64,000 nucleotides of DNA, from contig NC_068989.1 in the NCBI RefSeq assembly GCF_001194135.2, positions 9,726,719-9,790,718 on the forward strand, written 5' to 3'. Every line of letters begins with the position of its first letter. Within the stretch, counting starts at the first letter, position 1. Under the pieces are notes generated by a model. That model did no database searches and was not told where the DNA came from. It saw only the letters and a program-made list of their open reading frames with translations. The stretch comes from Octopus bimaculoides. Taxonomy: Eukaryota. Below, in pieces: positions 13,077 to 26,526 of this stretch. The position numbers and the translations under genes are program-made.

Positions 13077-13110
<34 letters not shown>

Positions 13111-13626
13111 NNNNNNNNNNNNNNNNNNNNNNNNNNNNNNNNNNNNNNNNNNNNNNNNNNNNNNNNNNNNNNNNNNNNNNNNNNNNNNNNNNNNNNNNNN
13201 NNNNNNNNNNNNNNNNNNNNNNNNNNNNNNNNNNNNNNNNNNNNNNNNNNNNNNNNNNNNNNNNNNNNNNNNNNNNNNNNNNNNNNNNNNNNNNNNNNNN
13301 NNNNNNNNNNNNNNNNNNNNNNNNNNNNNNNNNNNNNNNNNNNNNNNNNNNNNNNNNNNNNNNNNNNNNNNNNNNNNNNNNNNNNNNNNNNNNNNNNNNN
13401 NNNNNNNNNNNNNNNNNNNNNNNNNNNNNNNNNNNNNNNNNNNNNNNNNNNNNTCAAATACATGTTGCAGCTGATTTGACTAATTTTTCAATTTACATGT
13501 AAAAAGTTATCAATGCAGTTCTCCCACCTCACCACCACCACACACACTTTATTTATTTAGTTTGTTTGTTTGTTTTTTTTCCAGCAGTTTTTGATGGAAT
13601 AAAAACACTTTAAACACCACATTAAA

Positions 13627-13660
<34 letters not shown>

Positions 13661-14499
13661 GTAATAATAATAGTATTAATAAACAATTATAATGGAACTA
13701 CTTTTATTTATTTAGTTAATTTCAGACTCCAGAACGGTGTTTGATGTTCAAAGCTATCCAAATGAAGAGCATAAAAACACTTGTTGGAAACAAACGAGGC
13801 TCCGGGATAGACGATGAGGTAATTAAAGCAAACTCTGAATTAACGAATTATAGCTAATGTGTCATTAACAGGTATGGGCTAGGTAGAATGTAGAAAGCTG
13901 AGGTAGTGTTGCTGTTGTTCTGTGTTATTCTAAAAGAGCATCATTGAAAGCAATAAAGACAATGGTAGCAAATTAGCAAAAGAATGGTAGAATAGATGAT
14001 GAGGGAGAGCGGAGCAAATTAATAGCGGCGTTAAGTAAAAGACTTCTCAAAGACTGGAGTCATTAAATAACTAATTCTAACGATGTTGAACAGTAATTTT
14101 CAGTTGTGATCACAAATTGTATGCATTATGAAAGGGTGTGAGAATTTATTATGAAATCAGGACACCTAATAAATATGAATATCTACCTAACCATCAATAC
14201 ATGCATAAACACAAAGTAGCAAATATCATCATCATCATCATCATCATGTCGTCATCATCATCATCATCATCATCATTGTTTTCAACATCATCATTGTTCT
14301 TATGTCTACTTTTCCACGCTTGCATTGATTGGTCAGATGGAATTTGTCGAGCTGGATGCTCTCCCTATCACCAACCCTCACCTGTTTCCAAGTAAGACAA
14401 TATTTCTCCGTGACCAGACAGAAGACTGGAAATGAAGGACACCACTCGTACGACAGTGACACTCTTTTACAACTAACTAGCAAAGTGAAAGCAAGGAAA

Positions 14500-14645
14500 C
14501 AGTAACACACACACACGTGCACAAACACACAACCAGCTTTACTTGGCTTGGAGTCATAGTAGAAGACAAATGCTCATGATACCTGGGACTGAACCCAAAA
14601 CCATATGCTTGGCAAGCAAACTCCTCAACCACACAGCCAAGCCAT
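14500..14645 (-). mobile_element. Family B head fragment
   Basis: tagtagaagaca...gggactgaacccaaaaccatatg...ccacacagcca. Confidence 0.6.
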
Positions 14646-15350
14646 ACATTAAGACAAGCATACATATACGTACACATCCAAAATGCAAATAGACTTGAGC
14701 AGGCAATGAAAACTGCACAAGCTTTCATCACCCGTTTCACTTCAAGCCATAGAAAAGATTTATTACAGCTGTTATCTGTCGAGAGAGCTGAACAACATCT
14801 CAGATAGTATTCAACCGAGAACTGATAGTTCGTCTTATTGTTATCTATGACACATTACATTTTGGTACATTTCGGAAGCCATATGAACCAGTTTCGAACT
14901 CTCACTTCTCCCTACAGTGCAGTCACACCGGTAAACACGGTAAACACTGTTCCTTAAATTGCTATATCTGCGTGTTGATAAGGACATGTACTGACTCTTG
15001 AGGAAGTAATCATGTTAATAACGTAATCATCCGGTTATCACTGCATGTCATTTCAACAAGCAATTGTTGAAACATGCCTCAGGTAACCCTCATTGACTAT
15101 GCTATTGCTATCATCATTATTATTATCATTATTATTATCATTTTATATTTCTGTATTGTTTAGTGCTATCAACTATTGTTGTTTGTCTTCTATTTTCTAG
15201 TGTTACTCCTGCAACCGAAGATGTAATCTACATTCCCTCTGTATTTGTACAGTATGTAAATAAATTGAGTTGGACTGAATTCTAACCCAAACATAAACTT
15301 GTATCGACACACACACACACACACATACAACGCATACAGAAACATACACA

Positions 15351-15398
15351 CCAATCCACATACACGCCAATCCACATACACGCCAATCCACATACACA
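15351..15398 (+). repeat. Three copies of a 16 bp unit
   Basis: ccaatccacatacacg starting at 15351, 15367 and 15383. Confidence 0.85.
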
Positions 15399-16494
15399 CA
15401 CACATGTGCATACGTTTGTGTGTACACACATACAAATGTTGAGAATTTACATTTAGGACGAGCGCAGTAAAACACATATGTACATGCACAAAAAAAACCC
15501 AGACATTGATAAGATAAATATAAACATACAGTAACACATACACACACATAGAGCAGCATACAAAAGCCTTCTTCCTTCACATCTTATTGTTGGCAGGACT
15601 ACATACAAATGGAATACATCTTGACATGCCTTCTTCCACTGAATGAGATGATGGGAAGTCAAGGCATTTGTTGGATATTCTCAACTGGGAATAATTCCTT
15701 TGTTTCTTACTCGGTTTCTTTTTTTTTTTTCTTCCATTTTGTTCCGCCACCCTCCACCCAAGAAACTATCACACTCTCAACTTGGTAGACATGTTTATTT
15801 ATGTCATATCAGAACTATCTGCACATGTAAAACATCCATCGAATATGTCCGAGATGAAATATGCAAATAGCATGTGGAGGGGGAAAAGAAAAAAAACAAA
15901 CAAAAAAAAAAAACAAACATTCAACAATGATTAGGAAGATATCGGTGAATGCGAAGAAGAAGAATGGACATAAAAGAAGGACTGATATGAGATGGAAAAA
16001 AGTAATTGAATAAAATCTAAGATAAACAGGTTGTAATTATAAAATATGGAAATAATAAACAGTTCATTTTCATTGCTGTTCTTATCTGTTTCTTTTTTTT
16101 TTCTCGTTTTTGAAATAAAGTTGTCAAGTAACATCTTGTTAGCAAGTAACCCTACTTTAGACAAGTGCTTATCAAAGAGGGCGGTATCACCCCCAGGGAC
16201 TAGTGGGAAATTTTATATGAGCGCCGGAGACAAATGGAGCAGCAGGGGTGAGGACAACAGATGCATCTTTGAAGTTTTTTTTTTATAGATTTTTGTTCCT
16301 TATTTAAATATTAACTTTAAGAAAAACAAATGTAATTATTATAACGAATGACTTGTTAGCTATAATAACACCACTACCAACAGCAACAATAACAAAATTG
16401 ATAGCATCAACAACAACAATAATAATAATAATAATAATAATAAACCTTGATATGTGACTGAGTAACTAAACAGTACTGAATATAAATAAATTTG

Positions 16495-16605
16495 TAGATG
16501 CAGGCTTCCCAACCACATGGTTCCAGGTTCAGTCCCACTGCATAGCACCTTGGGCTGACTAAAGCCTTGTGAGTGGATTTAATGGCTGGAAACTGAAACA
16601 ATCTC
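16495..16605 (+). mobile_element. Family B head fragment
   Basis: ccaaccacatggttccaggttcagtcccactgc...aaagccttgtgagtggattt. Confidence 0.7.
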
Positions 16606-16631
16606 ATCATGTACGTGTGTGTGTGTGTGTA

Positions 16632-16663
<32 letters not shown>

Positions 16664-16673
16664 NNNNNNNNNN

Positions 16674-16722
<49 letters not shown>

Positions 16723-16754
16723 TGTATACATAAATATATATATATAAAATGTAT

Positions 16755-17170
16755 ATATCATCATCGTCGTTGTCGTCATTTAACATCCCTCTTCCATGTA
16801 TGCATGGGTAGGGCAGTTGACAGGGGCCAGCCAGGTAGAATATCGACCCAAGGCTATTGTGTCTGTTTTAGCAGGGATTTTACGGTTGGATGCCCTTCAT
16901 AACGCCAACCACTCTGCAGAGTGGACTCAGTGCTTTTTACATGGCACTAGCGTAGGCAAAGTTAGTTCTGGCAAGATTTTCACAGCTGGATGCCCTTCCA
17001 GATGCCAACCACATTACAGTTTGAGCTGGGTGCTTTTAATGTGGCACCAGCATTGGGCGGGTCACCAAATAACCCACAAGACAAGGAATTATGAGAGGGG
17101 GCAGGGGCATTTGCATCAGAAGATGAAAGTTAGGGTGTGACAAAGGGACAGAGAGACAGAAGCGGGTGTC
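16755..17170 (-). mobile_element. Family C composite copy
   Basis: Begins catcatcgtcgttgtcgtcatttaacatcc; the ggatgcccttc...gccaaccac motif occurs twice. Confidence 0.65.
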
Positions 17171-17284
17171 TTTCCGCAACAGAGGGGGCATTAGAGGAGG
17201 TGATCTAGTATCAAATGATGAAAGGTTATATGTGTGTGTGTGGGTTTGTGTGTGTGTGTGGGGGGGGTGTCTGTGCTTGTCTCT

Positions 17285-17460
17285 CATCACTGCTTATGTA
17301 TATGTTTCGGTAACTTAGTGGTTTGGCCAAAGAGACTGTTAGAATAAGTACCATGCTATAAAAAATAAGTATTGGGTTTGATATGCTTGACTAAAATACT
17401 CCAAGGTGGTGCCCCAGCATGGTCACAGTCTAAATGACTGAAACAAGTAAAAGATAAAAG
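17285..17460 (+). mobile_element. Family B tail fragment
   Basis: gtaacttagtggtttggccaaagagac...ggtggtgccccagcatggtcacagtctaaatgactgaaacaagtaaaaga. Confidence 0.7.
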
Positions 17461-17838
17461 ATATATATACCACAGATGCATAAAAATTATAAACAATAAA
17501 CTTGAATATAATTTAAAAGACATTGTCAAAATTTGTGGTTATCTCCATATATGCAATAAAGATACCCAGTACTCTTGTAGCATTTGTTAATATAATCAAA
17601 CTTGTATACACATATACATTCATGTGTATATGCTTGAATGCTGCTGATTCATCTGGAGCACTCCATCGGTTATGACGATGAGGGTCCTAGCTGACTAAAA
17701 TATATATATATATTATATACACACACACACACAAACACACACACGTGTGAGCCCAAGACCATGCGGTCAGGAAGCAAACTTGTCACCAAAGAGCCATGAC
17801 TGCAAAGCAAACTTATTAACCACATACAAGGCCAATGC

Positions 17839-17887
<49 letters not shown>

Positions 17888-19923
17888 AAGAAGTCCGGAT
17901 TTCTTTCTTCTTGAGGGACAAAATAAACATAGCTGATCCGTTATGATTCTCATGAGGAAATTACAACATTACACAAGCTAACAATGCATACATCTATTTG
18001 TAGAGTCCTTCGACTGATTGCAGCAATGAATTGTGCCTCATCAAAGTGCTTATTCACAGAGAATTAGGCCGAACAAACAAAAGTTATAGATCTATAGAGA
18101 AGAATACAGTACAGCCTCTGTGTTGCGGGGATCAACTGCTGATACCGACCAACACCCTATCAACTTGGCTAACTTATAATCCACCTAACTCACATTACGT
18201 AAATGTCAATTGGGACTCGGATAATAAAGATCAGAAGGAATTGCATACATGCTAGTGAAGTTAGTTAACACTTGGAAAATGTTCCCAGATGACAGCATGC
18301 ACAGAGGGGTGTATGTGTGTGTTGTGTGTGTGTGTAGGTGCACACATGTAGAAGTTATAACACCAGTGTTACTGTATTTAATTAGAGACCAAATCAAATT
18401 TCCCAGAAACAAAGAGTAAAGGGAGCGGCCGGGGGTGGGGGTGGGGGCTGCGGAAAAATGAAAGAATTGGAAATGTATGAATGTTTACCTTATTATTTAT
18501 GAGAAGCAAGGTGCATATGATATAAGCACATAAATCAAAATGACCCCACCACCACCACCACCACCACCACACCAACATGCTCTAGCAATCCATAGGAAAT
18601 ATAGAAATGGGTAAAAACCATCTAATCCATTCTGGCACAGAAAATATATAAATAAATGATAAATGTCTCTGCTAGTTCATTAAGCTAGTGTTAAGGTTCC
18701 GATCCCTGCTGCATTACGCAGATGAGAAATAAAGCTTTCCATGGATGGAATATCGATTATTATAGGAATCACTCGCAGAACATCTTGTGTGTATTCCCCC
18801 CCCCCCAAGTTATTACGATTGTGTGAGTACTGACCCTGGAATTAAATATTAGCCAAAGAAAAGGAAGAAATAATAATAATGATGATAATAATAATAATAA
18901 TAATGATAATAACTACGGCTCGATATCTTTGGAGCAGCGAAACTATTACCATGAACAAATAGAAACTGGAGATTTAAGGATTGCTTGGTCTATAAATATG
19001 TGAACATAAAAAAATCTAAATAATATTAATAACAACAATAATAAATAAATATACATTTATTTATNNNNNNNNNNNNNNNNNNNNNNNNNNNNNNNNNNNN
19101 NNNNNNNNNNNNNNNNNNNNNNNNNNNNNNNNNNNNNNNNNNNNNNNNNNNNNNNNNNNNNNNNNNNNNNNNNNNNNNNNNNNNNNNNNNNNNNNNNNNN
19201 NNNNNNNNNNNNNNNNNNNNNNNNNNNNNNNNNNNNNNNNNNNNNNNNNNNNNNNNNNNNNNNNNNNNNNNNNNNNNNNNNNNNNNNNNNNNNNNNNNNN
19301 NNNNNNNNNNNNNNNNNNNNNNNNNNNNNNNNNNNNNNNNNNNNNNNNNNNNNNNNNNNNNNNNNNNNNNNNNNNNNNNNNNNNNNNNNNNNNNNNNNNN
19401 NNNNNNNNNNNNNNNNNNNNNNNNNNNNNNNNNNNNNNNNNNNNNNNNNNNNNNNNNNNNNNNNNNNNNNNNNNNNNNNNNNNNNNNNNNNNGTATTCAT
19501 CTGTATTTTTTTTGTTGATAGATTTATCTCCGGGCATAGTGTATTTGTGTGTGTGTGTGTGTGTATATGTATATGAATATATGTATGTATGTAATTTTAG
19601 AACAAAAAAGCAAGAAAAAGAAGAGAGAAAAAGGGAGACAGAGAGAGTGAGTGAATGAAAGAAACAAATATATAAATATTAATAAATAAATAAAAAGTAG
19701 CAAAATCATATAAATATTTTATGAATACAAAGAGAGTCTTTATGAGGAGATAGGAAAACAAGAAATGGCCAAGCTTATATTGATAACTTATTCTATATAA
19801 ACAATAAAATCAAATGTATTGATCAATAGAGAAAATGTAAACTACATTCTTCTCGTTGTTGTTGATAAGTCTCATTTGAGACGATGGTTTTGTTTAAAGA
19901 ACACTATTCCGAACAATACTTAC

Positions 19924-20075
19924 GCTTATAGCTTCGGTTTTGAAAATTTTACTTTTCAACCATGAAAGATAATATACACGGATTTTGTTTTTCTTTCCGG
20001 AGATTGTGACTAAAATGTTCTGGCCTTCTAATACCTCCATTTGTTGGAATCGACGGCGGGATATTAATGTATATA
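19924..20075 (-). CDS. MAP4K4: MAP4K4/msn-group kinase CNH exon (152 nt, phase 1 to 0): (V)[50 protein letters not shown]
   Basis: Acceptor gtctttcag|TA, donor AGC|gtaagt. Conserved RRRFQQMxVLEG and RVYYLSWL motifs. Confidence 0.96.
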
Positions 20076-20829
20076 CTGAAAGACAATGTTGAAATATTGC
20101 TTCAGTAATGAAAGACTAGATGAAAAGAGTGATAAGTAATTTTAACAGGCAATAATACAGACATTTTGAGATATCGCTAACAATGTTCACAACTTGTTAT
20201 TGTCAATTTAAATATTACAGATAAGAAAAATATAAAACAAGATAAAGAATGTAAAAATTAAACATAAAAACAATAATAATAAAATCAAAAAAAAAAAAAC
20301 CAGCAGGATATTTTATATTTATTTTTACCAAACATGGAATAAATAAGATATCACACAACAATAAATCATATTATTTATTCACTTCTTCCATCCTGCCACT
20401 TTCTACCCCTAACCCATTTGCTGTTTTAATATTGTTATTTCTTTATCATAACAGAAACGTTGGAGAAGAAGAATGTTAATGACAGCAATGGCACAAGGTG
20501 GTCATCTTTGATGTCAGAAAAAGAAGATGAAAGTCTTATCAAGACTAACACCCGATTAATGCAGCTGCCAGTCTGTCTGCAAAGTTAACCGTACAATAGT
20601 ATCAAGTGTAAGTGTTGTGTCTCAATGATTGGTGATTAGGAACTCAAAGTTTGGTATTAGTTACAAGTGCTGCTGCTGCCGCTGCTGCTGTTGGCAGAGA
20701 TGGTTATTCTGCAACTGGTTGTCACTGATAACATTCAGATGACCATGTCGGACACAAACTCCACGCTATTAGCGATTATATAACAATCTACCACAAAGCT
20801 TTAAACACCAATGATGAAGCTAATAACAC

Positions 20830-20892
<63 letters not shown>

Positions 20893-22764
20893 CACATTCC
20901 CATTAGGTTCATGTTTCAATAATTATGTAATAGACTCTATGAGTGGATCTAAATGATGACAATGATTAGGCAGAATGTTCTACTGATTTCGAAGAAAAAG
21001 AGTTAATGCCACCAAATCGGTTGGATAGTTATAATGGTAATTATACAACCATGGTGATTACTGAATATAAATGATGGTGCCTTTTGCCTAGAGTCTACAT
21101 TTAAATCTAATTGACAGCAATTGTGCAACAGTGTACATTACCAAGTAATACACAGGTTGCGACAAACACTTCAATGAATGCAATTAATAAATTATAGTCA
21201 AAAGTTAGTGACCCAAGGAAATTGTTTGGCAGCAGACTGAATGTTCGTTTTAACTCCCTAAATTAGACTTTTAAATAACGTTGTGCAAGGCTTGTCAGTC
21301 TCAAGAAGCTGTTTTGAGATTAATAAAAAAAGAAAAATTCTTTTTTTAATGGATAAAACAGCAATAACATTTGATGTACTCTTTTTTTTTTTTTTTTTTT
21401 TACGGAAACAGCAAAAAAAATTATAACTTTTTAGAATAATAAAACCAGTCAGTAAGAAAGGTAAGATAACAAGATTAATAACCATTTCATGCATGTATGA
21501 ACTTATAAGAGGTGAGTCTTTTATACAACATCTAAATTTAGTAATCTAAACAAATTTAATACACCATAATCTTATTAGAAGCGTGTGGCCAGAACCATTT
21601 GCTGCTAGACTGGATTTTGTAAAGTAAGTAAATTGGCAAAATATACACTAATTATATACACACTCTGCTAATAGAAAATATTAAGCTAAATGTATATTTT
21701 GGCAGTTCAACACTTCCTATTAAACAGTATTTATTGTCATAATAATAAACCAAACTGTGGTCATGTTGTTGACAGATAATTGAGTCTAGATTGAGTTTAG
21801 CTTATGTCAGGGCAAATATATTGATGCCAATAAAGATCAACATTAAGAAATCACAAACTACTTCTGTCCATCAAAAGCACTTCAGAGACAACAGCTAAAA
21901 AACATTAAGTACTTTTTAATGAAACCAGACTTGTTTCTTCAAAAAAAAAAAAAGCACAAATTTATGACTTTTACTTGCAAATTATTTTACATTATCTTAC
22001 TCAAAATAATCCTCTTTACTGCTGATATACCAGTACCTATATTTTTTTTCCAGTTCAGGCCTACATTTTTAGGACAGTGTACATTTCCCACAGTAAATAT
22101 TCTTCAGTCTCTTCTATCATCAGAAACCAGCAAACTTCCAAAGACTTAGTGTACGCACGCATGCACACACACACACGCACACACATACATACACACACAC
22201 ACACACAAAGGCTACAGTAGCCAAATCCAGAGAACAGGATGATGGAGGGTGAGGGAACAAAAATCATTTTGTGCTTTGCCAAAAAAAATCAAGGATAAGA
22301 CGTGACACAACATGAACCAGTGTGTTGTCATGGTGCAATGTCCTAGTTTCATTTATCGACAATACTTGCAGTTTCTTCCTTTGCACAACTTCTCTCAAAC
22401 AACTCAGCCATCCAAATAAAACAAATCATTGATCTAATGACATGAAACAAAGTCATGGTGAAAGATGCTCTTCTTGTCAAAAACGACAATCAACTTCACC
22501 ATAACAGTCTGCGCAATTCTGACGTGCTTTTTTGATTTTGATTTTTAGCTGTGGTGACAATAATCCAATCCACTAAACTGACTGCCTTTTCATTTCAACA
22601 TCAATTGTCAAATATCGATTTCACTTAACATGGCACTTTTTCAAAAAGATTTTAATCCTTATCTAAACAACTCCTCCAACTCGCTGTGACTTGGTTCTTT
22701 GTTCATTTGTCAGCAAATTTTTGTGGCATCACAATGCATCTTTAATTTTTTTTTCTTTTTTAAA

Positions 22765-22952
22765 CCATGGCATGTAAAAAGCACCCACTACACTCTCAGA
22801 GTGGTTGGTGTTAGAAAGGCCATCCAGCTGTAGAAACTTTGCCAGTTCAGATTGGAGCTTGGTGTAAGCCATCTGGATCACCAGTCCTCAGTCAAATCGT
22901 CCAACCCATGCTAGCATGGAAAGAGGACATTAAATGACAATGATGATGATGA
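22765..22952 (+). mobile_element. Family C copy
   Basis: ggcatgtaaaaagcacccactacactctcagagtggttggtgttagaaaggccatccagctgtagaaac...ccaacccatgctagcatggaaagaggacattaaatgacaatgatgatgatg. Confidence 0.75.
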
Positions 22953-23329
22953 GACATGAACTTTTACAGATGCAAAATTTTTCTTCAGAAACCCCACAGA
23001 CAGTCAGGTCACTATTTTCATGGATCACAGCATGTATTTTCACAATATGAACAGCATCTATCATTGTAGAAAGTTATCTGGATTTAGAAGAGTCTTTTAA
23101 ACACCGATGCTATGTGTGACATTGTGTACGTCTCAAAGAATCTTTTTCCAATTTGAAACTGAACTTCACACAAACACACCGTTCTGACAAATCTCTGACT
23201 GACCCAATATATCCCCAAGACCAGACATGTTTTCCCAGGAGACTGGAAATGTAGGGCACAGCTAGCATGATGTTGATACTTGCATACAACTGTCAGGTAA
23301 TGTCAAGGCAAGGAGACAGTAACACGCAC

Positions 23330-23515
23330 ACATGTACACACACAAATATACAGTTGGCTTCTTTCAGTTTCCACATACCAAATCTTCTCACAAGGTGTTG
23401 ATCAACGTGGAGCTATAGAAGAAGACACTTGCCCAAGGTGCCGCACAAGGGGACTGAAATCAAAACCATATGGTTGGGGAAGCAAACTTCTATACTATAC
23501 AGTCACACCTGCACA
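23330..23515 (-). mobile_element. Family B, 5' half
   Basis: ggcttctttcagtttcc...gaagacacttgcccaaggtgccgcac...gggactgaa. Confidence 0.7.
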
Positions 23516-25116
23516 TAGGATGGGTATTAACCGAGGACAGTGACAGGTAAAGAAAGTTTCTAGTGAGTGGAATAAATTCACACATTGTCACTGCTTCCTT
23601 ACTGAGAAAAGAGGGAGCACAAAATCTTTTGAGAAGCTTTCATGAAGAGATGAAGAGAACGATAGGGAAGTGATAACCTAAACCTTTCAAATAAAATCCT
23701 TTCCACCATGGCATAATGACACATAATCTATATGCTTAATTTTATTGTCTTTATTACATTCGTTTACTTTCAGAGTTATCATTATCCAGTTATCATCAAA
23801 GTGTACATTTCCATCTACTTTGCCTGTGATATGTTCTATGGTCTGATATCAGCACACAAGACCTGAATATTACGACGCATGGGAGTAATAGTCAATGAAC
23901 AAAACTTTAAGGACAAAGCTTCAATATCAATTGTTACACTCTAATCAGATTATCCACAGCTCCAAAACGAATGGAGTGGTAACATAAAAATAAATAAAGA
24001 TGACTGCGTAAATCTCAAAAGTTCTATTGCTTGTTGGATGGTGTTTGGTAATAGTGAAGTATAGTGAAGTCATTGAGGTAGAATATAAAATAAAGTTAGT
24101 GAGGAGAACATTAAGCAAAAGGGAACATTAAAGTGCTGAGAGTGGATTTCTTCACAGTTTCCAGGAAATAGATACACAGCAATCACAGCGAGGAAGAGAA
24201 GCGATTTTAGTAGTAGCTTTCGCAGAGTAACAGATGAAATTGCTGACAGAAATTGACAACTGGATGGTGACTAAAAAGGCAAGGTTTATATATATCTATA
24301 TATCTATCTATCTATCTATCTATATCTATCTATATATATATATATATANNNNNNNNNNNNNNNNNNNNNNNNNNNNNNNNNNNNNNNNNNNNNNNNNNNN
24401 NNNNNNNNNNNNNNNNNNNNNNNNNNNNNNNNNNNNNNNNNNNNNNNNNNNNNNNNNNNNNNNNNNNNNNNNNNNNNNNNNNNNNNNNNNNNNNNNNNNN
24501 NNNNNNNNNNNNNNNNNNNNNNNNNNNNNNNNNNNNNNNNNNNNNNNNNNNNNNNNNNNNNNNNNNNNNNNNNNNNNNNNNNNNNNNNNNNNNNNNNNNN
24601 NNNNNNNNNNNNNNNNNNNNNNNNNNNNNNNNNNNNNNNNNNNNNNNNNNNNNNNNNNNNNNNNNNNNNNNNNNNNNNNNNNNNNNNNNNNNNNNNNNNN
24701 NNNNNNNNNNNNNNNNNNNNNNNNNNNNNNNNNNNNNNNNNNNNNNNNNNNNNNNNNNNNNNNNNNNNNNNNNNNNNNNNNNNNNNNNNNNNNNNNNNNN
24801 NNNNNNNNNNNNNNNNNNNNNNNNNNNNNNNNNNNNNNNNNNNNNNNNNNNNNNNNNNNNNNNNNNNNNNNNNNNNNNNNNNNNNNNNNNNNNNNNNNNN
24901 NNNNNNNNNNNNNNNNNNNNNNNNNNNNNNNNNNNNNNNNNNNNNNNNNNNNNNNNNNNNNNNNNNNNNNNNNNNNNNNNNNNNNNNNNNNNNNNNNNNN
25001 NNNNNNNNNNNNNNNNNNNNNNNNNNNNNNNNNNNNNNNNNNNNNNNNNNNNNNNNNNNNNNNNNNNNNNNNNNNNNNNNNNNNNNNNNNNNNNNNNNNN
25101 NNNNNNNNNNNNNNNN

Positions 25117-25279
25117 GATTACATCGACCCCAGTGCGTAACTGGTACTTAATTTATTGACCCCGAAAGGATGAAAGGCAAAATCAACCTCGGTGGAATTT
25201 GAACTCAGAACATAGTGGCAGATGAAATACTGCTAAGCATTTCGCCCGGCGTGCTAACGATTCTGCCAGCTCGCCGCCC
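25117..25279 (-). mobile_element. Family A SINE, truncated by a gap
   Basis: Same head and CORE-like sequence as 34164-34398. Confidence 0.85.
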
Positions 25280-26036
25280 TACATGTATGTAAATAAAACC
25301 CTGTTAAGATTTCAAGAATAGATGAACTGGTTTGAGATAAACCTTATTTTTCATATTTTATGTGTTTTAATCAATCCATAAATGTTAAACCAAATGTGTA
25401 AAGTGATAGAAGTTGAGTTTTTTTTTGCATACTATTTTTTAGCATATAAGATAAAGGAAAAGAGGAATGGTGGTTTCATAAGAGTTACCATCAAACCTTT
25501 GTCAGAAATCAGAGAAAAGAAAGATGTGTTGGTTCTATGACAATTCATTTTGATGCGATTCAAAGCAGAACCATGCACACGTAATAACTTTTAATGTGTT
25601 CTGAAAATTTCCAAAGAATATAGATGTTCTAGAAACAAAAATGACGATTCAAATTTAGCTCAGCTACCGACCATATACTAACTGCAAACAAATGATGCTA
25701 GGCTACCATATATTACATATTTTTAGAGCTGTCAGACACCTATGTGTTATTTTCATACCAATAATATTTGAAATTTATCATTAAACTTTCTGTGACTGGT
25801 ATATTCCTGATACTCACAAACATTGATAAGAAGGTGGGTGGAAATCAAAAACTTATGCGAATGATATGACAAAGAAATGAGAAATCTCCCAAAGATGACC
25901 TGTTGGATGGTCTTTGGAAGAACAAGTGATTAATAAATTATAAAGCCTGTCATGGGCCTCAAAGTATACATCAAAAGAAAATAAGACAGCTTGAGAGAGA
26001 GGATCTGGACAGTTTATAATGTAGCTGATAGCTCAC

Positions 26037-26102
26037 CTTTGCCCTGACCACTTCGATCAAGTAAAGTTAATCCATTCTCTGTTCCTATGAGTAAGTTAAC
26101 AC
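26037..26102 (-). CDS. MAP4K4: MAP4K4/msn-group kinase CNH exon (66 nt, phase 1 to 1): (G)VNLLIGTENGLTLLDRSGQGK(V)
   Basis: Acceptor tttttcag|GT, donor AAAG|gtgagc. Conserved motif. Too short for the ORF track. Confidence 0.96.
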
Positions 26103-26269
26103 CTGAAAAATAAAAAAAATTAAAAAAATACATATGTGTGTCCATTTATATATATGTATATACATATTATGCACACATACACTAACACATTTATATATGC
26201 ATACACACAGATACAAAAACATGTATACATACATGCACATGTAAATATATCTATATACACACATATACA

Positions 26270-26286
26270 TGCATAGACATACATAC

Positions 26287-26321
<35 letters not shown>

Positions 26322-26526
26322 TATACATACATATACACACATTTACAAATATATATATACATACATACACGCACACACACATACATACACATACACTCAT
26401 TTACAAATATATATACATACACACACACATACATATATATACACACATTTACAAATATATATATACATACACACACATACATATATATACACACATTTAC
26501 AAATACACACACACACATACACACAC
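26270..26526 (+). repeat. TA/CA compound minisatellite with four catttacaaata anchors
   Basis: Read directly from the sequence; it runs into a gap. Confidence 0.8.
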
